From positions 1 to 64,000 of the IMG/VR virus record IMGVR_UViG_3300028274_000006: 64,000 nucleotides of DNA; one strand, written 5' to 3'. Source of the stretch: a virus. How positions within the stretch are numbered: position 1 is the first letter of the stretch; every line of letters starts with the position of its first letter. The position numbers and the translations under genes are program-made. Of this stretch, positions 9,606 through 18,298 are shown one piece after another. The notes under the pieces were generated by a model. That model did no database searches, was not told where the DNA came from, and saw only the letters and a program-made list of their open reading frames with translations.

Positions 9606-10416
9606 CGATCACAAATCAGAATACACAGTTCAGAACTTAGCTAATTATTCAGCCGATAAAACAGTTGATCCACCCCTATGGACAAAGGGAGCAATGTATT
9701 GGGACGGTGCAGCTTGGGTAAGACAAGACAACGTTCTAGCTGCTGGAACTAATACCATTGGTAAGGTTTATGTAACTGATGGAACGGATGATGCGGATGT
9801 AGTGTCTAATTCAGGATCTACTGATAATTTAGATGGAACTAATGGACTGGTTACAGCAGCAGCTCTTTATGGAAGAGTTGGTGATACTTCTGTCAAGCCA
9901 ATTAAGCAAGACGGATCAACACACTCATTGTGTACTATTGACTATGAACATTGTGAGGTTCACTCGGGAAGCCATTATGAAACTAGAATAAACAAGGATA
10001 TGCCTAATGGTGGAACTTTTGGAATAGCTTTTACAACTCCAAATACAACAAAGTGGCCACATATGATTTTTGCAGTAGATGTTGAATTAGAGGCAGATAT
10101 TATTCTTTATGAGAATGTAACTTCATGGACTGGTGGAACTGCAATTACTCCACTTAATTCAAACAGAAATTCTGGCAACACATCAGGAATTACAGACATG
10201 GTGTTTGATCCAACCATGACCCTTGGTACTCCAATTACTTTAGGTCATTCCGTAATAGGCTCTGGTAAAAAAGTAGGTGGAATGGGTAGGTCTGCTGAAG
10301 AATTTGTATTAAAACAAAACACTACCTATTATTTTTTAGCATCAAATCAGGTTGCTGGTTCAGCCAATGAATGTAATTTCAATTTAACCTGGTACGAACA
10401 TACAGATAAAGATTAA
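9598..10416 (+). CDS. Probable virion decoration/structural protein (unit A only)
   Basis: T/G/S-rich 272-aa ORF within the head module. Confidence 0.5.
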   Translation: MASDHKSEYTVQNLANYSADKTVDPPLWTKGAMYWDGAAWVRQDNVLAAGTNTIGKVYVTDGTDDADVVSNSGSTDNLDGTNGLVTAAALYGRVGDTSVKPIKQDGSTHSLCTIDYEHCEVHSGSHYETRINKDMPNGGTFGIAFTTPNTTKWPHMIFAVDVELEADIILYENVTSWTGGTAITPLNSNRNSGNTSGITDMVFDPTMTLGTPITLGHSVIGSGKKVGGMGRSAEEFVLKQNTTYYFLASNQVAGSANECNFNLTWYEHTDKD

Positions 10417-10417
10417 T

Positions 10418-10690
10418 ATGAAAACAGCAAAAGAAATCCGTGATGCCAAGAGCCGGATAATACATCAAGGCAAATTAGTTGCCGAACTAGAATTGCATGA
10501 AGGATACAAGCTCCTAGAGAGTAAATTAGATATCCTTTGTGAGGATGCAAAAGAATCAGTCTTAGCATCTGAATCCTTTGAGGACTTCCGCTATAGACGG
10601 GGGTACTTAGATGGAATTAATGCTCTTATGCAGGAGGTTGACACGATCATCTCCAAAGGCAAGAAACAAGAGCAGCTAATTAAAAAGTAA
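10418..10690 (+). CDS. Small head-module protein
   Basis: Between portal and scaffold; homolog 44706-44978. Confidence 0.75.
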   Translation: MKTAKEIRDAKSRIIHQGKLVAELELHEGYKLLESKLDILCEDAKESVLASESFEDFRYRRGYLDGINALMQEVDTIISKGKKQEQLIKK

Positions 10691-10694
10691 ATAA

Positions 10695-10800
10695 GTTGTA
10701 GGTTACAAGCAGCAAGGCAGCTCTCTTTCTTAATTGACTGTTCCGTCTGTTTCCTTATATACGCACAAAGCTAGTTGCTTTGTTGCTCGTAGCTTACAAC
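10695..10800 (+). promoter_or_regulatory. Conserved 28-bp RNA helix upstream of scaffold gene
   Basis: 10695-10722 pairs with 10773-10800 (27/28 including G:U); conserved in unit B. Confidence 0.75.
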
Positions 10801-10815
10801 GGTTAAAGGAGACTT

Positions 10816-11601
10816 ATGTCTAAACCAAAAACCGACGCAGCCTCCAGTGAAGTTAAGGGTGGGAGTGCGGAATTATCCAACAACCCCGAATTACTAAAAC
10901 TGGAACAAGCAGTGAAAGCTGAGGCTGGTACGGCTAAATCACCTGAAACTTCTTCCGAAGAGAAGGAGGTTCTTGAAGCCCCAGAACACGGACAAGCATT
11001 TCAAGAGCTTTCAGAGAAGAAAGGCTTTAAAAGCGTTGATGAACTCGTAAGGGCTTATCAAACAACCGAAGGATATTCTACTCAACTGTCGCAAGAGATG
11101 AAGGAACTTCGTGAAGAGATAAAGCAGTCAAATGCTCCTCAGTCTGAAGATCCATACGGCGACTTACCGCAAGAGCAGAAACAAGCTCTAGACCTTTTGC
11201 GTAACGTCGTAAATGAAGAGATACAAAAAAGTATCTCACCAATTAAGGAAGATTTTGAAGTCAAGAAGGCATCCGAACAGCTTAACGCTATTCGCGATTC
11301 TTTTAAAGGCGTTTCTGACGCTGATCTTGATGCTGCAATCTCTCGTAAAGAGAGCATTCCGGGTTTATCCCTGGAAGAAGCAGTTAAAATCGTAACTTAT
11401 GAGGCTGCTCGTAGTGACGGAACTACTCAAAGGAAGAGAGCTGCAAAGACAAAACAGAAGAATAGAGCTTATGTTGAGTCTGGTAAAACGTCTAAAACAG
11501 GCGGAGATATTGATTACTCTAAACTCTCATTGGAAGAACTAGAGTCAATACTCCCCAAAGCTGGTCAATTTATTGATCACAAGGGCATTTTACAAAAGTA
11601 A
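10816..11601 (+). CDS. Capsid scaffolding protein
   Basis: Acidic, coiled-coil, immediately upstream of MCP. Confidence 0.8.
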   Translation: MSKPKTDAASSEVKGGSAELSNNPELLKLEQAVKAEAGTAKSPETSSEEKEVLEAPEHGQAFQELSEKKGFKSVDELVRAYQTTEGYSTQLSQEMKELREEIKQSNAPQSEDPYGDLPQEQKQALDLLRNVVNEEIQKSISPIKEDFEVKKASEQLNAIRDSFKGVSDADLDAAISRKESIPGLSLEEAVKIVTYEAARSDGTTQRKRAAKTKQKNRAYVESGKTSKTGGDIDYSKLSLEELESILPKAGQFIDHKGILQK

Positions 11602-11622
11602 TAATTATTAGGAGAAACAACA

Positions 11623-12543
11623 ATGGCATTAACAACCACTGGTACCCTCTCCTCAGTTGTCAAGTCTTACTATGACCGACGCTTTCTTATGAGAGCCGAA
11701 GCAGAGTTTGTCTACAAACAACTTGGACGCATTGGTGTCGTTCCAGCTAACGAAGGTAAAACTGTCGTTTGGAACCGATATACCAATCCAAGTGCTAAGA
11801 CTTCAGCACTGACAGAAGGTACAGACCCAACGCCAAGCGGATTGAGCGCATCATTAGTATCCGCAACCATTAGCCAATACGGCAACTTTGAACAAGTTAC
11901 CGATATTTTGAGCTTAACTGCAATTGATAATTCAATTTCATCCGCAGTTGAACTCTTGGCTTATGAAGCAGCCTTGAGCATTGACACTGTCATTCGTGAC
12001 ATTGCCGCCGCAACCACAAGCATTATCTACGCCTCTGGCGTTGCAAATAGAACTTCTATTTCAGCCACAGACGTTATGCAAGTTGCAGATGTTCGTAAGA
12101 CTGTTCGTGAGCTGAAAAGCAACAATGCTAAACCTCAGATGAAGAGCGGCACATTTATGGCCGTCATTCACCCTGATGTTGAGTATGACTTGCAAGGTGA
12201 CAGTAACTGGGTAAACGCATCCATCTATACCGAACAGGGTATTGGACAAGTTTACAACGGTGAAGTCGGTAAACTATATGGTGTTCGTTTCTTGAACACC
12301 ACTCAAGCTCCTATCTTAGTGAACTCCGGTTCCTCTGATGGCGTAGAGGTTTATCAATCACTTTTCTTCGGCGAAGAAGCATTTGGAGTTTCCGAACTTC
12401 AAAACCTAACCACTTATGTGGATAGTCCTTCTCCAAGAAGTGCTCTACGAATGTACAGTGACGTTGGTTGGAAGGCTGGCTTTACCGCCAAAATTCTCAA
12501 CGACAACTTCATGTATAGTGTTGAGTCTGCTGCTACACAATAA
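11623..12543 (+). CDS. Major capsid protein, N4-gp56 family
   Basis: LTEG..P, QYGN, IHPDVEYDL, GEVGKLYGVRF motifs. Confidence 0.9.
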   Translation: MALTTTGTLSSVVKSYYDRRFLMRAEAEFVYKQLGRIGVVPANEGKTVVWNRYTNPSAKTSALTEGTDPTPSGLSASLVSATISQYGNFEQVTDILSLTAIDNSISSAVELLAYEAALSIDTVIRDIAAATTSIIYASGVANRTSISATDVMQVADVRKTVRELKSNNAKPQMKSGTFMAVIHPDVEYDLQGDSNWVNASIYTEQGIGQVYNGEVGKLYGVRFLNTTQAPILVNSGSSDGVEVYQSLFFGEEAFGVSELQNLTTYVDSPSPRSALRMYSDVGWKAGFTAKILNDNFMYSVESAATQ

Positions 12544-12564
12544 AATTTGTAGTATCATCCAATT

Positions 12565-12586
12565 AGGCTCCTTCGGGAGCCTTTTT
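12565..12586 (+). terminator. Intrinsic terminator after MCP
   Basis: AGGCTCC-TTCG-GGAGCCT-TTTT. Confidence 0.9.
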
Positions 12587-12589
12587 GGT

Positions 12590-12600
12590 TGTGCTATAAT
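12590..12600 (+). promoter_or_regulatory. Extended -10 promoter for groES-glycosyltransferase operon
   Basis: TGTGCTATAAT; same 11-mer at 34441 and 46877. Confidence 0.65.
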
Positions 12601-12621
12601 AATTTTGAAAGGAACAGACAC

Positions 12622-12900
12622 ATGATTATCCCAACAAATGAGAACGTGCTTGTTAAAGGTATTAAGCGTGAGAAGATTAAAACCGACTCAGGCATTTACC
12701 TGTCAGGAGGCACAAGCCAACAGGAGGAATCCTTGAGGTATGGAGAGATATTTCACCCAGGAGCTACCGAGTATTCTAAAGGAGATAAGATCTTCTACAG
12801 TGCTTATAGTGCTGTATGGGTAAACGATGAAGCTGGTACCGAGTATCAATTACTAAGCCAACTAGATATAATGGCAAAAGATGAACCCAAGAAGGCTTGA
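12622..12900 (+). CDS. groES: Co-chaperonin GroES
   Basis: IPTNENVLVK...KTDSGIYL...YQLLSQLDIMA. Confidence 0.85.
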   Translation: MIIPTNENVLVKGIKREKIKTDSGIYLSGGTSQQEESLRYGEIFHPGATEYSKGDKIFYSAYSAVWVNDEAGTEYQLLSQLDIMAKDEPKKA

Positions 12901-13177
12901 AACACTACTGAAGCAAGCTAATCCTCGTTTTAGAGTCAGACAGCGTGGACTCAATCACATTGGAGGGATATTCTTAGGATCGTCATTCATAGCCACCTTC
13001 ACAAAGGGACACATCCCACTAAATTCATATAGGTTAGTTTTCAAGAAGAAAGACACTCTAGGAGAGAAGATTATCAAACGTGGTCGTGGTGACTTACTAC
13101 AGATCTTAGTTCGTCGTGGTATTTTGAAGAGGCTAGACTCAATAAGAATTAAATGGGGGATTGATGCCAAAGATTAG
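12881..13177 (+). CDS. Basic hypothetical protein
   Basis: Homolog 47177-47473. Confidence 0.7.
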   Translation: MNPRRLETLLKQANPRFRVRQRGLNHIGGIFLGSSFIATFTKGHIPLNSYRLVFKKKDTLGEKIIKRGRGDLLQILVRRGILKRLDSIRIKWGIDAKD

Positions 13178-14573
13178 CTGTATTATATCAACCTATAACA
13201 GAGCAGATCATTTTTTACCAAAGGCAATAGACTCAGTTTTGTCTCAGACGTTTAAAGACTGGGAATTGGTCATTGTAGACGACTCAAGCACCGATGATAC
13301 CAAAAAAGTAGTAAACTCCTATCAAGACGACCGCATTAGATACCTCAAAACCGGCTCTAATTCTGGTAGTGATACCAAGCCTAAGAACTTGGGCACCAAA
13401 GAATCCAAAGGTGAATATATTTGCTACTTAGATGACGACGTGCAGTACCGTGAACATGCTTTTGAGATTCTAGTAGCGGAATTAGATGGAAACAAAGACT
13501 TGGACATTGTTTATGGAGATATGTGGATTAAACCTCGTGAAGAGGCTGGGATAGCATTTGACTTTGATGTACAGTTTCTCATGCTTAGAAACTACATAGA
13601 CACTTCAGCGGCCATGATGAGACGTGAGGCTATGTTTGAGATTGGTGGCTGGGATGAGAAGCTACCCAAGTTTGTAGATTGGAATGTATGGGTGAGGATG
13701 GCTAAGGCTGGATTAAAGTTTAAGAGGATTGAGGAGTTTACATTTGATTACTATTTACATGAAGACGCTAAGTCACAGAAAGTTAAAACAGATATGTATA
13801 TGCATCCTAAGCTGGGGATGCTGTTTGTACCCACGTTTAGTCCTAGTGGATGTGAAATACGGCTGCCTTATTTAAGCAACGACGACTCCGTTTTTAAGGT
13901 GGCCATATTTACTATTCACTACAACCGATTGGATTACTCTAAGGATACTTATAGGGAGATGATGCTGACAGCAGGCTATGAGTTTGACTGGTTCTGTAGA
14001 GACAATGGAGATGATGGAACACTAGATTGGTTGATTAAAGACACCAACGCAATCATTGACCGCAAGGATGTTGGGAAGAACTTAGGTATTACCAAGTCCA
14101 GCAACAACCTTATAGAGCTTATTAAGGACACTGGAGAGTATGACATTATCATAAAAGTGGATAACGACGTTGAGTTCCAGACGTATGGATGGTTAAAAGA
14201 TATTGTGGATATGTGGAAAAGAAACCACATGGCCTATATCTCACCTTATGTTGAAGGACTCTTTCACAACCCAGGCGGTGCTAGAAGGATAGGGTTTGGA
14301 ATGATTGGCGATGAGTTTATTGAAGTTACCAACCACATAGGAGGAATCTTTGCCGCTATAGACGCTAAGGCTTATGACAGCTTTAGATGGGAAGACCAGA
14401 TGTTACATGGCAATCAGGATGCAGAAGCTAGCATGGCTTTTAGGAAAATGGGATATATGCCCTGCTATTACCCCAAGCATAGAATCACTCACAGAGACGG
14501 CACTGAAGGACAACAACAGAAATACAAGAAATACTTTGAGAGAAGGAAAGAAGAAAAGACCACAAAGGCATGA
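13164..14573 (+). CDS. Two-domain family 2 glycosyltransferase
   Basis: ISCIISTYNR, VDDSSTD, YLDDD; second GT-A domain with KVDND. Confidence 0.9.
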   Translation: MPKISCIISTYNRADHFLPKAIDSVLSQTFKDWELVIVDDSSTDDTKKVVNSYQDDRIRYLKTGSNSGSDTKPKNLGTKESKGEYICYLDDDVQYREHAFEILVAELDGNKDLDIVYGDMWIKPREEAGIAFDFDVQFLMLRNYIDTSAAMMRREAMFEIGGWDEKLPKFVDWNVWVRMAKAGLKFKRIEEFTFDYYLHEDAKSQKVKTDMYMHPKLGMLFVPTFSPSGCEIRLPYLSNDDSVFKVAIFTIHYNRLDYSKDTYREMMLTAGYEFDWFCRDNGDDGTLDWLIKDTNAIIDRKDVGKNLGITKSSNNLIELIKDTGEYDIIIKVDNDVEFQTYGWLKDIVDMWKRNHMAYISPYVEGLFHNPGGARRIGFGMIGDEFIEVTNHIGGIFAAIDAKAYDSFRWEDQMLHGNQDAEASMAFRKMGYMPCYYPKHRITHRDGTEGQQQKYKKYFERRKEEKTTKA

Positions 14574-15427
14574 AACAATACCCTTATGTTTTTCCCTACT
14601 TTGGCTATGATGAGACATCAGCGGGCAATGTATTGATTCATAAGTTTTGTCACTTAATTAACGAGCTTGGTGGTAAAGCCTACATGGCTACCGACATTAC
14701 TCATCCAGATCTAAACACTCCTAAAATAAACAACATACAAGGCGTAGACGATAAGTGCATTGTTGTCTCTCCTGAGAACATCAATCATTTAACCTATGGC
14801 GGTGATTACATAGTTAAGTACATCCAGGCTGACTATGAGAAGATTGGTAGGGGCAAAGTTGATTTGGCTGGAGTAGATGATGTGTGGTGCTTTGCAAAGA
14901 CATTGTTTCCTAAGCATTGGGGTGGAGAAGTTAAGGTTTGTCATTTTAATACCGTTGATCTTAGTTTGTTTAATGAAGACGAGAAGTTTGAGAGAAAGGG
15001 CAACATTTGTTACGTCGGTAGAATGGGCGGTAAGGTTGATACATCAATTCTAAAAGACATGAAAGACCTAACTGCAATTACCCATGATTTCCCAAAAGAC
15101 AGAAAAGACCTTATTAAACTCATGCGTAGTAGTGAGTGGTGTTATATATTCTCCAATACTTCAATAGGCAGTGAAGCCATTATGTGTGGCTGCCCAGTGG
15201 TTATGCATGAGAATTTCTCAATGGCTTATGCCTTTGACGAGTATGGTGAAGACGGGAAGTTGTACGGTATGGCTATAGGTAACTCACTAGAGCAAATGGA
15301 GTGGGCTAAGAAAACAGTTAAGAAGTTTCAGGAGAAGGTTTACTGGCATGAAAGCCAAAAGGAGAAAAGAGTACTGGCCTTCATGGAAGATACTCAAAAA
15401 GGATTACATGAAAAACTACTCGGTTGA
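14570..15427 (+). CDS. Probable GT-B fold glycosyltransferase
   Basis: SAGNVLIHK, CYVGR, EAIMCGCPVV. Confidence 0.7.
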   Translation: MKQYPYVFPYFGYDETSAGNVLIHKFCHLINELGGKAYMATDITHPDLNTPKINNIQGVDDKCIVVSPENINHLTYGGDYIVKYIQADYEKIGRGKVDLAGVDDVWCFAKTLFPKHWGGEVKVCHFNTVDLSLFNEDEKFERKGNICYVGRMGGKVDTSILKDMKDLTAITHDFPKDRKDLIKLMRSSEWCYIFSNTSIGSEAIMCGCPVVMHENFSMAYAFDEYGEDGKLYGMAIGNSLEQMEWAKKTVKKFQEKVYWHESQKEKRVLAFMEDTQKGLHEKLLG

Positions 15428-16106
15428 AGTTCTGGTGATGGCTCACTATGCTCAGAGAAGCGAGAACATGCTGAAGCTAATTAATGCTTTGAAGAACCAG
15501 ACTTACAAACACATGTATATCACTGTCTTTGATGATGGAGAGATTGACCTAGATGTAGAAGGTGTGAACTATATTAGAACGACTGACATGTACCACATTA
15601 CGGCTAGGAACAGCTTGGCTGCCATGAGTGCTGCTGACTATGTTCTTACAATAGACGATGACATGATTCCAGGTACAAGATATGTAGAGAATCTTATTAA
15701 GTATGCTCGGAATCTACCTGGTTCTATCATTGGTGTTGAGGGAGGCAGATTAGTTCCTGGAGACACCCCATATACCTCTGGAATGACAGAGAGTACTCAT
15801 ATAATGGTAGAGGTTGATTATCTGATTAGAAGCATGCTACTCCCTCATAAGGTTATTGGGGCTTCTGTAGATATGCACTGCCGCAATAGAGAAAAGATTG
15901 GCTCTGAGTTTATAGATGATCTGCTGTTTAGCTTGGCAAACAAATATATGTTGAAGAACACCAACTTTATTGTTCCAGCAAAGGGCGACTTTGGATATGA
16001 TAATATATCTGATATGGGGGTGGGTCAATCTAAAAGCTCACAACACTACCTTACTAGAGATATGTTTTGTAAGTATATAATGGAGGAATATGCAAATATC
16101 AGTTAA
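15408..16106 (+). CDS. GT-A fold glycosyltransferase
   Basis: LKNQT, VFDDG, YVLTIDDD. Confidence 0.75.
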   Translation: MKNYSVEVLVMAHYAQRSENMLKLINALKNQTYKHMYITVFDDGEIDLDVEGVNYIRTTDMYHITARNSLAAMSAADYVLTIDDDMIPGTRYVENLIKYARNLPGSIIGVEGGRLVPGDTPYTSGMTESTHIMVEVDYLIRSMLLPHKVIGASVDMHCRNREKIGSEFIDDLLFSLANKYMLKNTNFIVPAKGDFGYDNISDMGVGQSKSSQHYLTRDMFCKYIMEEYANIS

Positions 16107-16680
16107 TTATGACGACTTCAGTCCATTAAATCACAGGTTTGATATCTTAGATCAAATCAGAGAGAGATACCCAGACTTCAAAGTTACTATGTTTACCGTT
16201 CCTTGGGAGATAAGACTATCTCCGAATACAAAGGGTACTCCTATCACAAATAGCGACTACAAGCCCTGGGTTCACAGGGTTATGGAGGCAGTAGACAATG
16301 GGTGGATGGAGATATCAATTCATGGATTAACACACGCACCTAGAGAGTTTGAAAAACTAACACATACTGAAGCTAGGAATCGTGTGCTTACAGGACAGAA
16401 GATGTTTGCAAATGTAGGTCTTGAGATCAATAATTTGTTTAAAGCACCCCAGTGGCTACTTAACGATGACGCTAAGAAGGCAATAGAGGACTTAGGATTT
16501 AAAGTAATGGAAGACGGTTACTATAACTGGAACTTAAAAGATGAAATGCCTCTTGAGAAGAATCTAATAGCACATGGTCATGTTCACGACACAATGGACA
16601 ATGGTTTAGAAGAATCGTTCTTCAGACTTACTAAGGCTCCTACCGATACAGAGTGGGTGCACTTGAGGGAGATGATATGA
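16090..16680 (+). CDS. Polysaccharide deacetylase-like protein (NodB/DUF2334)
   Basis: YDD, HGLTH, FKAPQW, HGH. Confidence 0.8.
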   Translation: MQISVNYDDFSPLNHRFDILDQIRERYPDFKVTMFTVPWEIRLSPNTKGTPITNSDYKPWVHRVMEAVDNGWMEISIHGLTHAPREFEKLTHTEARNRVLTGQKMFANVGLEINNLFKAPQWLLNDDAKKAIEDLGFKVMEDGYYNWNLKDEMPLEKNLIAHGHVHDTMDNGLEESFFRLTKAPTDTEWVHLREMI

Positions 16681-17690
16681 AAATCGTGGCTTTCAGTAAC
16701 GATACCGGCTCCGTACAGTGGAGGCTTAGGGGTCCAGCTAATTACATCAACTCTCTAACCGACCATGAGTTTGCTGTTGGTAGCCATAAGGACTGGGAAG
16801 AGGACACGATGGGTGCTGATGTAGTTGTAGCTGAGATGTGGCGTAATCCAAAAGGGATTGATGTTTGCCATGAGCAAGGAGCTAAAGTTGTTTACGATGC
16901 TGATGACATTATTATTGGCGTTGGTGGTAAAGACCGCAAAACTCTGATGGACTTAGACGAGAAGCAAACCAAGCAAACTATTGATACTATCGGCAAGTGT
17001 GATCTGGTTACAGTTACAACAGAGGTATTAGCAGAACACTATAGACAGTTTAATGACAACGTAATTGTCTTACCAAACTACATGGATTATCTGTGGTGGG
17101 GAAAGCCCTTAGAGTCTAGGTCTAGAGGATACTTGAGGTTGGGGTGGGCTGGTAGCTTATCTCACCGAGAAGACTTAATGATGATTGCTCCAGTGATAGA
17201 AAAGATCTGTAAGGACTATGATTTTGTTAAGTTTGTTTATTGTGGTGCAGGAGGCAAGAAGGGAATCTATGGGGAAGAGATCTTCAACAGCATTCCTTCT
17301 AACCAGAGGGAGTATGTTACCGGTGTCCCCTTAGAATACTGGCCAATCAAATCTAAGACACTAGGTTTAGATATAGCTATAGCCCCACTGTTAGATGATG
17401 AGTTTAATTCTTGCAAGAGTTCAATTAAATATTATGAGTATGCGGCCAACGGAGTGCCTGGAGTTTACAGCGACACCGTTGTATATCACGACGCTATTAA
17501 ACACGGAGAAACAGGCTATTTAGCAAAGACAAAGGGAGATTGGGAGAAGTACCTAATAGAGCTGATTATGGATGAGAAGAAGAGGCAAGAGATAGCAGTT
17601 AATGCTTATAAACACGTCTTTGAGAACTATAATTTAGATGACCACTATGAGAAGTGGGTGAAAGCCTATCAAAAATGTCTGAACCAGTAG
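16677..17690 (+). CDS. Family 4 (GT-B) glycosyltransferase
   Basis: YDADD, GWAGS.SH, DIAIAPL, KS.IKYYEY. Confidence 0.88.
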   Translation: MKIVAFSNDTGSVQWRLRGPANYINSLTDHEFAVGSHKDWEEDTMGADVVVAEMWRNPKGIDVCHEQGAKVVYDADDIIIGVGGKDRKTLMDLDEKQTKQTIDTIGKCDLVTVTTEVLAEHYRQFNDNVIVLPNYMDYLWWGKPLESRSRGYLRLGWAGSLSHREDLMMIAPVIEKICKDYDFVKFVYCGAGGKKGIYGEEIFNSIPSNQREYVTGVPLEYWPIKSKTLGLDIAIAPLLDDEFNSCKSSIKYYEYAANGVPGVYSDTVVYHDAIKHGETGYLAKTKGDWEKYLIELIMDEKKRQEIAVNAYKHVFENYNLDDHYEKWVKAYQKCLNQ

Positions 17691-18265
17691 CAGTTCCCAT
17701 AATACCAAGCAATGAACCGGTACCAAAAAGAGTTAGGGTTGATAGCCCATCCTCATCAGTGGTTGAGAGTCATAGCCTAGAATCTTATAGCAGTACCTAC
17801 AATAAGCCCTATCCTATGGACTACTTTGGTTTAAGCGACACAGATGGTTCATCTAGTAATGTTGAATCTATCACCAAGCATTTAAGCGAGATGACTGATG
17901 GATCTATAGAGATGGTTAAGGGTGTTCTTGATGAAATAGGCAGTAAGTTAAATCTACAAGAAAATGACTCTGGAATCTTTAAGCTAAACAAGATCCTAGC
18001 GTTCTTAGGTATCAAGAGTATTCAAAACAAAGAATCAGAGATGAGTGAACAGGCCCTAAGGGATATCCAAAAGGATGTTGAGATTGCAAAGGAAGAACTA
18101 AGCATCGCTGAGAAAGCCGCCAAGATTGAACTTGAGGCAGAGAAGAGAAAGATCAAAGCAGAAAGCAATAGGAATGAACAATTAAAGAAACAAATAGCTA
18201 AAGGTCAAGACAAATTGAAAAGAATGAGGGCTAAAGTACTTGCAGATATTAAGGGAATAGTATAA
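17675..18265 (+). CDS. Hypothetical coiled-coil protein
   Basis: Homolog 57387-57926. Confidence 0.7.
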   Translation: MSEPVAVPIIPSNEPVPKRVRVDSPSSSVVESHSLESYSSTYNKPYPMDYFGLSDTDGSSSNVESITKHLSEMTDGSIEMVKGVLDEIGSKLNLQENDSGIFKLNKILAFLGIKSIQNKESEMSEQALRDIQKDVEIAKEELSIAEKAAKIELEAEKRKIKAESNRNEQLKKQIAKGQDKLKRMRAKVLADIKGIV

Positions 18266-18298
18266 TATTATTCTGACGGAGCGGTCCTAGGACTGCTT

